Assembly: GCA_039028615.1 (NCBI GenBank)
Contig: JBCCHT010000001.1
Span: 96,001 to 160,000 of the forward strand
Direction of reading: 5' to 3'
DNA length: 64,000 nucleotides
Origin: Myxococcota bacterium
GTDB lineage: Bacteria > Myxococcota_A > Polyangia > Nannocystales > Nannocystaceae
Both the position numbers and the translations under genes were made by a program. The notes below the pieces were generated by a model. The model made no database searches and had not been told where the DNA came from. It saw only the letters and a program-made list of their open reading frames with translations. Positions 31,365 through 41,043 of the stretch are shown in pieces; position 1 is the first letter of the stretch; each line of letters begins with the position of its first letter.

Positions 31365-34097
31365 GTGAAGCTCCTCGGTCTGATCCTCGCCGCGCTGCTG
31401 GTCGGAAGCTGCTCGCCCCCCAACGACCCCCCGGCGACAGCGAATCGCCCGAGCGCGGCTGCGACCGAGCTGCCCGAGATCGTGGTGGGAGGCTGCGACG
31501 ACCGCGAGCAGGACCTGTGCTGGATCACCAGCCAGCTGACGGGCGGGCAGCTGACGATCTGGGTCGATGTCGAAGCCTCCGCCACGCTGCAGGTGCGCAT
31601 CGACGGGACCCCCTCCAGCGTCGAGCCCTGGCCGGTCGACGGTGGTCAACGACTGCAGGTCAAGGTTCCACTGGGTGCCGCGCGGCTCGAGCTCCAGTCG
31701 GTGCAGCCCGCGTGGGCGGAGCCCTTTCGGCTGCCGCTGCGATGGCGGGCGCCTCCCCTGGCCGCCGCGGTCGCGCGCTACTACATCCGCCAGAATCGAT
31801 CGAAAGCGGAGATCGTCGCCCTGCTCGAGCACGCAGCGGAGTCGAGCGAAGGCCTCGATCGCCTGGCCACGCTCCAGCTGCTGCGACGCGTTCACGGTCT
31901 GTCGAACACCCCACAGTCGCTAGCGCGAGCAGAGGAGATCGTGCGGCTCGCCGAGGCGCTAGAGCAGGAGGTCGCGCTCGCCGACATCGCGGCGGTGCAG
32001 GCGTTTCGCCACATCACGGCCAAGGACCTACCCAAGGCTCGCCCCTGGCTCGAGCGACTCGAGCGGCTCGCCCCCGACGTCCCCAAGGCCAGAGCCTGGG
32101 CGGCGTACTACCGCGGTATGGCGGCCACTGCCGAGGGGGACCTCACCGCCGCGGTGCGCTCGATGGCGCAGTCGCAGCGGGCTGCGAAGCGGCTCGGGCA
32201 AGTCGCCGACGTCAGCTCGGCGCTGGAGCAGCACGCGGTCTTACTGGGTGAACTCGGCCAGACCTCCGAGGCGCTGGCGCTGATTCGGGAAGGCCTCGAC
32301 TCGCTCGACGACCCCCGCTTGCTGTGCAAGACGCAAGCCCGCGCCCTGGGCAACCTGGGCTGGGCCCAGCTGCGGCTCGTGCAAAACGACCTCGACGACG
32401 ACGTGCCGTGGTCGGCCCTCGAGCGCGCGTTGGCGTTGGTCGAAGGCCCTTGTCCGAACACCTTCGAGCAGGCCAATCAGCGACTCAACCTCACGCTCGC
32501 CGGCTTGGTGAGCGCCGAGTACGGTCGAGCTCAGGGGTACATCGACGACCTGCGCGCAGACGGAGTCCCCGCGGGCCTCGAGCCGTGGACGGCCGAGTTC
32601 GAAGCCCGGCTCGACCGCGTGGCGGGGCGCTGGGACCGGATGCCGCCGCTCGTGCTCGAGCCCGAGCGCAGCGGCGAGGTGGGTCTCGACTGGAGCGTGA
32701 CGCTGCGACGGGCCCAGGCGCTGGCGGAGCTCGGGCTCCACGAGGCCGCAGCCGATGCTTTCATGCAGACCGAGGCGATGCTCGACGACGCTCTGATCAC
32801 GATCGGAGCAGACATCGGCAAGGAGATGTTCCTCGCCTCGCGCTCGGTCAGCGCCCGCGGCCTGGTGCAGCAGCTGCTCGTGCTCGGGCGCGCGAAGGAT
32901 GCCGCCTGTCGAGCGCGGCTGGCTCGCGGACGAGCGCTGCGTACGATCGACCGCTCGACTCGCATCGCGGGCCTGAACCCGAAGCAGCGCCGCGAGTGGA
33001 ACACCAAGGCCTTGGACTTTCTCGCCAAGCGCCGCCGCTTGCAGCAAGAGGGCGAAGGCGACTGGAAATTCTCGGACACGAAGGTCCAGCGCCGAAAGAC
33101 TCGCCGCGCGCAGCGGGACGCGGAGGCCCTGGCCGAGTTCGACGACGCCCTGCGCCAGCTGCTCACCGACAAGGCCCCCAAAGACTGTACGGCCCTCGCT
33201 CCCGCGACCGACGGGGAGGCGCTGCTGCTGGTCTCGGACACCGAACACGGCACGCTCGTGATGTTGGTCGATGCGCAGGGCGTCGCCAGCGTGCAGGCCC
33301 CGAGGGCCGATCCCCAGACCCCGGAGCACTGGGCCGAGGCCGCCCTGAGCGACCTGAGCGAGCGCCTCTCCCGGGCCACCCGTATCCGTCTCGCCATCGA
33401 CGGCAGCGCTCGCGCCCTCCCCTGGCCGCGCCTGCTGGTCGGCGAAGGCACCCTGCTCGACCTCGCTCCGCTCGTGCACACGCTCGACCTGCCGCTTCGG
33501 GATTCGGCGCCCGCGCGAGCCTCCCAGGCGCTGGTCATCGGGGACCCCCTGCAGGACCTGCCCAACGCGCGACGGGAGGCCGTGGCGGCACACGAGTCCC
33601 TCGCGGACGCCCCCTGGTCGCCACGACGCAACCTGCTGCTCGGGACCGAAGCCAGCCGCTCGACCATCACCGAGGCCCTCGGTACCGCGACCGTGGTGCA
33701 CTACGCGGGGCATGGTGTGCATCGGGGGAGCGACGGCTGGAACGCCGCCCTGCTGCTGGCCGATGGCGAGCTGACCGTGGCCGACCTCCTCGCACTGCCC
33801 GCGGTGCCTTCCACCGTGATCCTGGCCGGCTGCGACACGGGGACGGGCAACGACCAGGCGCTGGCGGGCGGGCTGAACATCGGGCGGGCGTTCGTGCTGG
33901 CCGGCGCCGAGCAAGTCTTGGTCGCCGACGGCCCGATCCACGACGAACTCGCCCAAGCGATCGGCGAAGCGGTGGCCGCCCGGCTCGCGACCCAAGCCCG
34001 CCCCGACCTGGCTAAAGCGCTCCAGACCGTGCAGCGCCAGCTCGCCCAGCAGCGGCCGGACGAGCCGTGGTGGCGGCTGCACGTCTTGGTGCCCTGA
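31365..34097 (+). CDS. lipoprotein TPR-CHAT (caspase/separase-like) protease
   Basis: Leader MKLLGLILAALLVGSC; TPR-like helices; GDPLQDLPNARRE, HYAGHG (His), LAGCDTG (Cys), RAFVLAGA. Confidence 0.9.
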   Translation: MKLLGLILAALLVGSCSPPNDPPATANRPSAAATELPEIVVGGCDDREQDLCWITSQLTGGQLTIWVDVEASATLQVRIDGTPSSVEPWPVDGGQRLQVKVPLGAARLELQSVQPAWAEPFRLPLRWRAPPLAAAVARYYIRQNRSKAEIVALLEHAAESSEGLDRLATLQLLRRVHGLSNTPQSLARAEEIVRLAEALEQEVALADIAAVQAFRHITAKDLPKARPWLERLERLAPDVPKARAWAAYYRGMAATAEGDLTAAVRSMAQSQRAAKRLGQVADVSSALEQHAVLLGELGQTSEALALIREGLDSLDDPRLLCKTQARALGNLGWAQLRLVQNDLDDDVPWSALERALALVEGPCPNTFEQANQRLNLTLAGLVSAEYGRAQGYIDDLRADGVPAGLEPWTAEFEARLDRVAGRWDRMPPLVLEPERSGEVGLDWSVTLRRAQALAELGLHEAAADAFMQTEAMLDDALITIGADIGKEMFLASRSVSARGLVQQLLVLGRAKDAACRARLARGRALRTIDRSTRIAGLNPKQRREWNTKALDFLAKRRRLQQEGEGDWKFSDTKVQRRKTRRAQRDAEALAEFDDALRQLLTDKAPKDCTALAPATDGEALLLVSDTEHGTLVMLVDAQGVASVQAPRADPQTPEHWAEAALSDLSERLSRATRIRLAIDGSARALPWPRLLVGEGTLLDLAPLVHTLDLPLRDSAPARASQALVIGDPLQDLPNARREAVAAHESLADAPWSPRRNLLLGTEASRSTITEALGTATVVHYAGHGVHRGSDGWNAALLLADGELTVADLLALPAVPSTVILAGCDTGTGNDQALAGGLNIGRAFVLAGAEQVLVADGPIHDELAQAIGEAVAARLATQARPDLAKALQTVQRQLAQQRPDEPWWRLHVLVP

Positions 34098-34099
34098 GC

Positions 34100-36097
34100 T
34101 CAGCGCCAGACCAGCTCGTCTTCGATCGGGCGATAGAAGCCGTCGAAGGAGATCGAGATCCGAGCCGAGTCGAAGCTCGTGGGCATGCGCTGCGAGTCGA
34201 GCTGCAAGCCAGTGATCGAGTCGTGGTCGAGCGGCACGGCACCGAAGTCGAACTGCGTCTCCTCGCCCTGGTCGCTCAGGATCACCACCACCCGATCCAC
34301 GACGCGTCCGTCGTGGGTGTCGTCGAGCGAGGCCTGCACCTTGTCGCCCTGGAGCGTGCAGTTGTTGCAACCGGGGGACGAGGGCTGCGGTGCCACGTAC
34401 GCGATGTCGTCGAGCGGCGTGGTGGTCACGCAGGCATCCGACCCCATCGCGCTCACCACGTCGACGTCCTCACCACACACGGTCTGGCAGGTATCCACCT
34501 GGTCGAAGGCCACCGTCGTCGAGGTCGACGGCGCCAGATCGACCAGCTCGATCGCGTCCTTCAGGTCGACGGGGCTGGGCGGCAGGCACTCGAGCGCGAG
34601 GTCGCAGTTTGCATGCTGCTCACAGGCCAGCTTCAGCGCGCCGCAGGCGTTGATCTTGCGCGTGGGAGCGATGGCCGCCCCACCCAGGCCGAAGTCTGCG
34701 TCGCTACCGAGCGCGATGCCTCCTTCGTAAACGACCTGCATGACCTCGTCCGGCGTCAGCGAAGGATTGTAGGACCACACCAGCGCCGCGGTACCGCTGG
34801 CGACCGCGGCCGCGACCGAGGTCCCGGTGAGCCCCGCGGTCATCACGTTCTCACCCGCCACCGCGTGGGTCGCCGTGGCCATCAACCGCGGCTGCGCGTC
34901 CAGGCGCGAGCCGGGCATCAAGGAGTCGTCGTGGGCGAGGCCACCGACGGCGTGCACGAGCGGCCGATAGCCCGCGCCAGGCGGATCGATGTTCACGCTG
35001 AACTCGCTGCAGCGGCTGACCCCGGGCGCGTTGAGCTGCTCCCAGGTGGCGGGCGCGAGCGGTGTCTCGTGGCACATGAGCCCCTCGTTGCCCGCCGCCG
35101 CGATGATGAGCGCCCCGTGACACGACGCGTACTGCAACGCCCGGCGCACCGCCGCCGCAGCCGCGGGCATGCCCGGCCCGTCACCACCGAACTCCGCCGC
35201 TTCCCAACCCACGCTGAGATTGATGATGAGCGGTGGCTTGGGCTCCATCCCGTCGTAGGTCTGCTCCCACTCGCGCACCGACTCGATCACCGCCGCGGCC
35301 AGGTCCCCCTGCGACCCCACGTAGCCGCCACGCTGAGCGTCGATGCCCGTCGGGATCCGCGGCAAGCCGAGCACCCGATGCACCCGATCACGGCAGCTGC
35401 CCCCCTGCGAACCTCCCGGTGGGACCGGACATGCGATGTCGGTGATGATGCGTGCCATCGCCTCGCCATGCTCGGTGCGAGGGTCGTTGGGCTCCGAGCG
35501 AGGCATGGTGTCGATGACCGCCACCGCGACCGGAGTGCGGAGCGACTCGGTGGGCTCGCCGCTCGAGTCGTTCAGTTGATGAGCCTCGACCCGACCGACC
35601 TGATCGCGGAACACGTCGCGCAACGCCGGGCCGATGATCGCGTCGGTCGCCGAGTCGCGCTGCGGGTTCACGACCTCGCAGTCTGGGCCCATGGAACGAA
35701 CCAGAGGCTGGACCGACAGGTCGTCGAGGTCGCCCGCGGTGGGTTCCGACGTCGGTCCGATCCAGCGATAGCGACACCAATGCCCCTCCGTGTCATTGAC
35801 CGGAGTGCCATTGACCGCCAACCACGGCGAGCCGGCCTCGAACAACGAGGTCGCTTCCCAATCGGTATAGACGGGGCAATGATCCTCTGGTTGCACGTGG
35901 ACGATTTGTCGCGAATTCGGGCACGCAGCGGCCACTAGCGTGTCGAGTGGCGAGGGCGTGTCCTTGTCTTCTTCCGCCCCCCGCGGGGTGGGTTCGGGTA
36001 GGGCGGAGATGTCGTCGAACTCCGTTTGCAGGCAAGCGGTCGAGCAAAGAGCGAAGAGAACCAAAGTTCCGAGATGGGCGGACGTTTTTTCAATCAT
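34100..36097 (-). CDS. S8 subtilase-family lipoprotein
   Basis: Lipobox STAC; VAVIDT (Asp), EHG (His), INLSVGW, AAAGNEG (oxyanion Asn), GTSVAAA (Ser); Cys-rich C-terminus. Confidence 0.88.
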   Translation of the reverse strand: MIEKTSAHLGTLVLFALCSTACLQTEFDDISALPEPTPRGAEEDKDTPSPLDTLVAAACPNSRQIVHVQPEDHCPVYTDWEATSLFEAGSPWLAVNGTPVNDTEGHWCRYRWIGPTSEPTAGDLDDLSVQPLVRSMGPDCEVVNPQRDSATDAIIGPALRDVFRDQVGRVEAHQLNDSSGEPTESLRTPVAVAVIDTMPRSEPNDPRTEHGEAMARIITDIACPVPPGGSQGGSCRDRVHRVLGLPRIPTGIDAQRGGYVGSQGDLAAAVIESVREWEQTYDGMEPKPPLIINLSVGWEAAEFGGDGPGMPAAAAAVRRALQYASCHGALIIAAAGNEGLMCHETPLAPATWEQLNAPGVSRCSEFSVNIDPPGAGYRPLVHAVGGLAHDDSLMPGSRLDAQPRLMATATHAVAGENVMTAGLTGTSVAAAVASGTAALVWSYNPSLTPDEVMQVVYEGGIALGSDADFGLGGAAIAPTRKINACGALKLACEQHANCDLALECLPPSPVDLKDAIELVDLAPSTSTTVAFDQVDTCQTVCGEDVDVVSAMGSDACVTTTPLDDIAYVAPQPSSPGCNNCTLQGDKVQASLDDTHDGRVVDRVVVILSDQGEETQFDFGAVPLDHDSITGLQLDSQRMPTSFDSARISISFDGFYRPIEDELVWR

Positions 36098-36441
36098 TTC
36101 CAAGCTCGCGTGCCCCGACGGCAACGGTGTCGGGGCTCGCGGTCTCATTGTTCCACGAGGCATCACCGATGACATGAATCCGTCGATTCTCTGCAGAAAA
36201 TTCACCGTCATCGACGGGCTCTCGTCTCATGCCTCGTGCATGCGAAGATCGCGCTGAAGTCGAGTCGGTGGTTACCGTCGTTCGCTCACGATTCGTCGAC
36301 GTCGCCACCCCGCGGGAAACTCCATCGCGCGAAAAAGTTTCGATCGTCGACTCGTCATCGCGATCGATGGCCACGGCAATGAGCCCGACAGCGACGGAGA
36401 GGGTCACCGACCCGAAGCCCCCGCCGCAGCAGAGCATTGTC

Positions 36442-37293
36442 ATGAACATCAGGAAACTTCATCTCGCTTCGACGATCACCGCCCTCACCCTCGGCCTCGG
36501 CGCGCTGGCCTGTGATCCCGAAGGCTCCCCCGACGACTCCGACGCACGCGACGGGCTGCTCTTCGGCCTGCACGACAGCGACGTCGTCGCGCTGCACGAT
36601 CGCTACCTGCCCGACGAAGACCTCGGCCTGACCTTCGACCGACTCACCGCGCCCTTCGACTGCTCGCTCTACGGGGACCTGTGTGCGCAGGTCGGCGAGG
36701 ACCAGGCCATCGAGATCACCGAGGAGCTGGTCGAGCTGGGCCTCGACGGCGCCTCGCCCGAGCAGATCGATGCGTTCCTCGATCAGCGTACCGACGAGGC
36801 GATGGACCTCCGAGCCGAGAGCGAAGAGCTCTCCGACGACTTCACGTTTCGCAGCTCCACCGGGTGGTTCAGCCGCACCGTGGGCAACGTTCGCATGCTG
36901 ACCCGCAACGGCATCACCACACCGGTCATCGGCTCACGACAGGCGTGGACGGAGGCCAAGACCCAGCGACGCAATGGGCTCGGCACCTGGTTCAACCGCA
37001 AGGCGACCGAGATCTGCGTGAACGCGGGCACCAACACCCAGGTGCAGACCGTGTGTGGCGGGGGGATTCCGTGCGCCGACACGACCCTGGAGTCCTTCAA
37101 CCCCTCCAATACCTGCGTGGCCAACAAGGTCTCCCACAAGAGCACGACCTTCCATGCCCGCAACAACGGCGCGGAGCCGGGGGGCGGCTTCTCGCTCACC
37201 TACAAGCTGACCGCGCGCGGCTGCTCCGACGCGGAGATCAACGGGGTCAACCTCTCGCTCGCCTGCGCCCCCGCTCACCTTCGCTTCTATTAG
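36442..37293 (+). CDS. hypothetical Cys-containing lipoprotein
   Basis: Lipobox ALAC; acidic helical N-half, basic T/N/C-rich C-half. Confidence 0.7.
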   Translation: MNIRKLHLASTITALTLGLGALACDPEGSPDDSDARDGLLFGLHDSDVVALHDRYLPDEDLGLTFDRLTAPFDCSLYGDLCAQVGEDQAIEITEELVELGLDGASPEQIDAFLDQRTDEAMDLRAESEELSDDFTFRSSTGWFSRTVGNVRMLTRNGITTPVIGSRQAWTEAKTQRRNGLGTWFNRKATEICVNAGTNTQVQTVCGGGIPCADTTLESFNPSNTCVANKVSHKSTTFHARNNGAEPGGGFSLTYKLTARGCSDAEINGVNLSLACAPAHLRFY

Positions 37294-37316
37294 CGGGCGC
37301 GGCCGCTGCCACCCAC

Positions 37317-37348
37317 GAGCCCCGCCCGGCACTCGCTCGGCGGGGCTC
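37317..37348 (+). terminator. stem-loop after lipoprotein gene
   Basis: GAGCCCCGCC ... GGCGGGGCTC 10-bp stem. Confidence 0.5.
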
Positions 37349-37403
37349 CGGCGTTTCGAAGATGGCCAAGCGCCGCGGCTTGATGCACGCTGTGAGCCCT
37401 GCG

Positions 37404-38213
37404 ATGAAGCGCTCCGCCTCCGACTCCATCCCCTGCATCGGCATCTCCCACAACTTCCTGCACGCCGATCCCCAGCGTGCCCTGTTCAAGGGCATGACCC
37501 TGCAGTTTCTCGAGGAGCGCATGGCGCTGGCCGTGGGGCGCACGGGCGCGATTCCGCTGGGTCTACCCGATCTCAAGCACGCCGCAGGCGCCGACGCGGT
37601 GCTGTCACGCGTCGATGGATTGCTGCTCGCCGGGGGGGCCGACCTCAGCCCGCGAAGCTACGGCGAGGAACCGCTGAAGCCCAACTGGTCGGGGGATCCC
37701 GTGCGCGACGAGTACGAAATTCGCCTGGTCGAGCGGGCGCGACGCCGTGGCATCCCCGTGCTGGGCGTATGCCGCGGCATTCAGCTGCTCAACGTGGCCC
37801 TCGGCGGACGGCTCTACCAAGACATCACGACTCAGCGTGAAGGTTCGCTCGTTCATCGCGATTGGCACCAGTACGACGCGCTCGGGCACGACATCCGAAT
37901 GGAGCCCGAGAGCTGGATCTCACGGGTGTACGAGGGGGCCACCGATGTGGCCGTCAATAGCGTCCACCACCAGGCCATCCGCGAGCTGGCGTCTCCGTTG
38001 CGCGCCACGGCGTGGGCCCCCGACGGAATCATCGAGGCCGTGCAAATGAGCGACATGTCGGAGTGGCTGGCGGGAGTGCAGTGGCACCCCGAGTGGCTCG
38101 AGCCCGAGGAGGGCGAGCAGGACATCCGCACCGCATCGGGCGGCCGCGCCAGCGGCGATGCAATCTTCGCCGCCTTCGCGGAAGAGTGCCGCGAGCGCAT
38201 GGGCCAGGTATAA
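37404..38213 (+). CDS. gamma-glutamyl-gamma-aminobutyrate hydrolase family (peptidase C26, PuuD-like)
   Basis: GLLLAGGADL, GVCRGIQLLNV, VNSVHHQ, VQWHPE. Confidence 0.92.
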   Translation: MKRSASDSIPCIGISHNFLHADPQRALFKGMTLQFLEERMALAVGRTGAIPLGLPDLKHAAGADAVLSRVDGLLLAGGADLSPRSYGEEPLKPNWSGDPVRDEYEIRLVERARRRGIPVLGVCRGIQLLNVALGGRLYQDITTQREGSLVHRDWHQYDALGHDIRMEPESWISRVYEGATDVAVNSVHHQAIRELASPLRATAWAPDGIIEAVQMSDMSEWLAGVQWHPEWLEPEEGEQDIRTASGGRASGDAIFAAFAEECRERMGQV

Positions 38214-38220
38214 CTGCCGG

Positions 38221-39426
38221 GTGTTGGATTATTCCTCGAGGCTGAGCTGCGCCGCGCTCGCGGGCGGGCTCGTCCTGGCGTGCAACGGCAACGATCCCGC
38301 GACGAGCGACGGCGCCAATACCCTCGGCTCACTCGACGGCACCACCACCAGCGTCGATCCGAGCACCAGCGTCGCGACCACCGAGCAGGGCACGGCCGAC
38401 GGCGAGGGCACCAGCGACACCACGGCCGGCACGACCGACCCCGTCGCCGACGACACCAGCTCGGACGAGACCACGCGGGGGCCCATTACCTGCGATCCGG
38501 TCCCCCTGTGCTTCGACGTCCCGCCCCCTTCGGCCGGCCCCACGCTCGACTGGGAGAACTTCGAGTCGAACCTGATCGAGGCCTCGGGCTCCCCGCGGCA
38601 CCGCGGCCGCGACATGTTCTACAACCCCGACGACGACCACTGGGTCATGGCCAAGTTCGCCTACGGGGCCACCGACTGGGACCTCGAGGGCGAGCGCGTC
38701 GACATGTTCTTGCTGCGCAACTGCGAGGGCGACTGGGAATCGCTGGGCTCGGTGTTCACCACCTTCGAGGACAACCATCCCACCATCGAAGGCGTCGAGG
38801 ACACGGGCGGGCGGCTGTACTTCCAGACGCCCACGCCCCTTCCGCTGGGGCGCCACCGCATCCACATGGTCGTGCGCGGCGACGATAGCCGAGCCGATAC
38901 CTATATCGAGGTCGTCGAGCCCGGCACGCCGATGTTCCTGTCGGACATCGACGGCACCCTCACCACCGCGGAGTGGGAGCGCCTGATCGACTTCCTGCTC
39001 GACAGCATCCCCGACGTGAACCCGGGCGCGCCCGAGGCCCTGCAGATGCTGGCCGACCTCGGCTACCGGCCGATGTACCTCACCGCACGCCCCGAGTTCT
39101 TGGGCAACCGCACCTACGACTTCATCGAGATGCGGGGCCTGCCCCCCGGCATCATCCACACCACGCTGTCCGCCACCGGGGCCATGGGCTCTGCCGCCGT
39201 CGACTACAAGACGGCCGAGTTCGAGGTCCTCGCCAGCCGAGGGCTCGTCCCCGCGTACGTCTTCGGCAACACCGACTCCGACGCCGAGGCCTACGACAAC
39301 GCCGGGATCATGCCGCTGCCCAACCGCGTGTTCTTCCAGTACGAAGACGAGTTCGGCGGGCGCACCATCGACAGCTACACCGAGCTGTGGGACGAGTTCT
39401 CGGGCCTCGACCCCGTCTGCGAGTGA
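38221..39426 (+). CDS. lipoprotein with LNS2/PITPNM-like HAD domain
   Basis: Lipobox VLAC; AKFAYG, LEGERVD, MVVRGD, DIDGTL, YLTARP, FGNTDSD. Confidence 0.75.
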   Translation: MLDYSSRLSCAALAGGLVLACNGNDPATSDGANTLGSLDGTTTSVDPSTSVATTEQGTADGEGTSDTTAGTTDPVADDTSSDETTRGPITCDPVPLCFDVPPPSAGPTLDWENFESNLIEASGSPRHRGRDMFYNPDDDHWVMAKFAYGATDWDLEGERVDMFLLRNCEGDWESLGSVFTTFEDNHPTIEGVEDTGGRLYFQTPTPLPLGRHRIHMVVRGDDSRADTYIEVVEPGTPMFLSDIDGTLTTAEWERLIDFLLDSIPDVNPGAPEALQMLADLGYRPMYLTARPEFLGNRTYDFIEMRGLPPGIIHTTLSATGAMGSAAVDYKTAEFEVLASRGLVPAYVFGNTDSDAEAYDNAGIMPLPNRVFFQYEDEFGGRTIDSYTELWDEFSGLDPVCE

Positions 39427-39430
39427 ACGC

Positions 39431-40177
39431 TCAGTCGTACTCGTTCGGCAGCCGCACCACCACCGACTCCGGGCGCGACGCCGGGTCGAACGCGATCGAC
39501 AGCAGCTTGTCCGCGACGAACTTCGGCGTGTTGTAGGCCTCGCGCCGCTTGAGATCGCGAAACTTCTCGATCGCGGGGAACTGCGATGCGTCGAGTGATC
39601 GGATGGTGCTCTGCATCGCGGTATCGATCACCCCGGGCGCCACCGAGTACGCCCGCAGGCCGTGCTCCGCCTCCTCGAGCTGCACGCACTCGGTGAGCCG
39701 ATCGACCGCGGCCTTGCCCGCGCAGTAGGCCGTCCAGGCCGCGTAGCCCTTGAGCGCCGCCCCGGACGAGATGTTGACGAGCACACCCGAGCGCTCGGCG
39801 TCCCGCAGGTGTCGGACGAACGCCTTGCTCCCCGACAGCACCCCGCCGACGTTGATGGCCAGGTGCTCCATCAGTGCCGCCGAGCTCAGATCCCGCGCGA
39901 ACGCGACCGGCTCGAGCACCCCTGCGTTGTTGACCCACAGATCGACAGGCCCCAGCTGCTCCGCCACCTGCTCGGCAAAGTTCTGCACTGCGGCCTCGTC
40001 TCGGACATCGAGCTGCGCCGCATGGACCCCGGGCCGGCCCGCCAGGGGACAGGCTCCGCGGGCACACAGCCCCACGGAGAGCCCCTGCTCCAACAATCGC
40101 TCGGCAATGCCGGCCCCCAGGCCTCGGCTCGCTCCGGTGATCACGGCAACCCGACCTCGATACGCGGATTCGTTCAT
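39431..40177 (-). CDS. SDR oxidoreductase (sepiapterin/benzil reductase-like)
   Basis: TGASRGLG, NNAG, ISSG, YCAGK, APGVIDTAMQ. Confidence 0.92.
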   Translation of the reverse strand: MNESAYRGRVAVITGASRGLGAGIAERLLEQGLSVGLCARGACPLAGRPGVHAAQLDVRDEAAVQNFAEQVAEQLGPVDLWVNNAGVLEPVAFARDLSSAALMEHLAINVGGVLSGSKAFVRHLRDAERSGVLVNISSGAALKGYAAWTAYCAGKAAVDRLTECVQLEEAEHGLRAYSVAPGVIDTAMQSTIRSLDASQFPAIEKFRDLKRREAYNTPKFVADKLLSIAFDPASRPESVVVRLPNEYD

Positions 40178-40244
40178 CGCGAGCAGGAGTGTAGGCGATT
40201 GCGGTGCTGGTCCGCCCCGCCCTCGCGACGTATGCTGCCCGCCC

Positions 40245-41039
40245 GTGGAGGTCCAGCTCGCCCTGCTGGGGGCCGTCCCCGCGCTCATCGCCATGGCGAT
40301 CGTCGATCGCCTGGACGCCAAGCGCCCGGAGCCGCGCGCCACCCTGCGCCGGGTCGCGCTGCTCGGAGCGTTCTCTGCCCTCCCCGTCATCCTCGTCAGC
40401 GAGGTTCTCAAGCTCGTCGGTCCGACCAGCGGCTACGTCTCCGTGCTGTACACCTCGCTCGTCATCGCGGCCCTGCCCGAGGAAGCCGCCAAGGTCGGCA
40501 GCATGTACCTCATGGCCTGGCGCCGCCCCGAGTTCGACGAGCGCATGGACGGCATCGTCTACGGTGCGCGCGCGGGCCTCGGCTTCGCGCTGGTCGAGAA
40601 CGTCGCCTACCTCCTGCTGCTGCCCCACGGCATCGGGGAGTACCTCGCCATGTTCCTCGGCCGAGCCGTCCTCGCCGTCCCCGGCCACGCCATCTGGGGA
40701 GGCGTCGCCGGGTACTTCGCCGCCCGCCGCCGCTTCGACGGTCGCGGCCCCGGCTGGTGGGGCGGCCTACTCATCGCCGTGCTCATGCACGGCCTCTACG
40801 ACATCTGGATCTTCGGCGCCCCCTTTGCCATCCGCGATGGCCAGACCTGGCTGCAGACCGAGCTGTTCGGCGTCCCCGTGGGCTTTTACTGCGGCCCCGT
40901 CGTCATGATCATGGCCGGCGCCCTGTTCCTACGCGCGCTGGCCCGCAAAGCCGTCGCCGACGACGACGCCGACCATGCCCTGATGCGCACTTGGTCGCCG
41001 CCCGAGCGCTACGACCCCAATCACCCCCGCGGGTACTGA
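40245..41039 (+). CDS. prsW: PrsW-family intramembrane protease
   Basis: PEEAAK, FDERMDGIVYG, GLGFALVEN, PGH, MHGLYD. Confidence 0.88.
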   Translation: MEVQLALLGAVPALIAMAIVDRLDAKRPEPRATLRRVALLGAFSALPVILVSEVLKLVGPTSGYVSVLYTSLVIAALPEEAAKVGSMYLMAWRRPEFDERMDGIVYGARAGLGFALVENVAYLLLLPHGIGEYLAMFLGRAVLAVPGHAIWGGVAGYFAARRRFDGRGPGWWGGLLIAVLMHGLYDIWIFGAPFAIRDGQTWLQTELFGVPVGFYCGPVVMIMAGALFLRALARKAVADDDADHALMRTWSPPERYDPNHPRGY

Positions 41040-41043
41040 GGCC

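Noticed and set aside
36098..36441. Specific ECF promoter motif for the sigma at 30013
   Set aside because: Candidate GGAAAC/CGTC words exist, but I could not find a convincing shared motif with the sigma's own upstream region by eye
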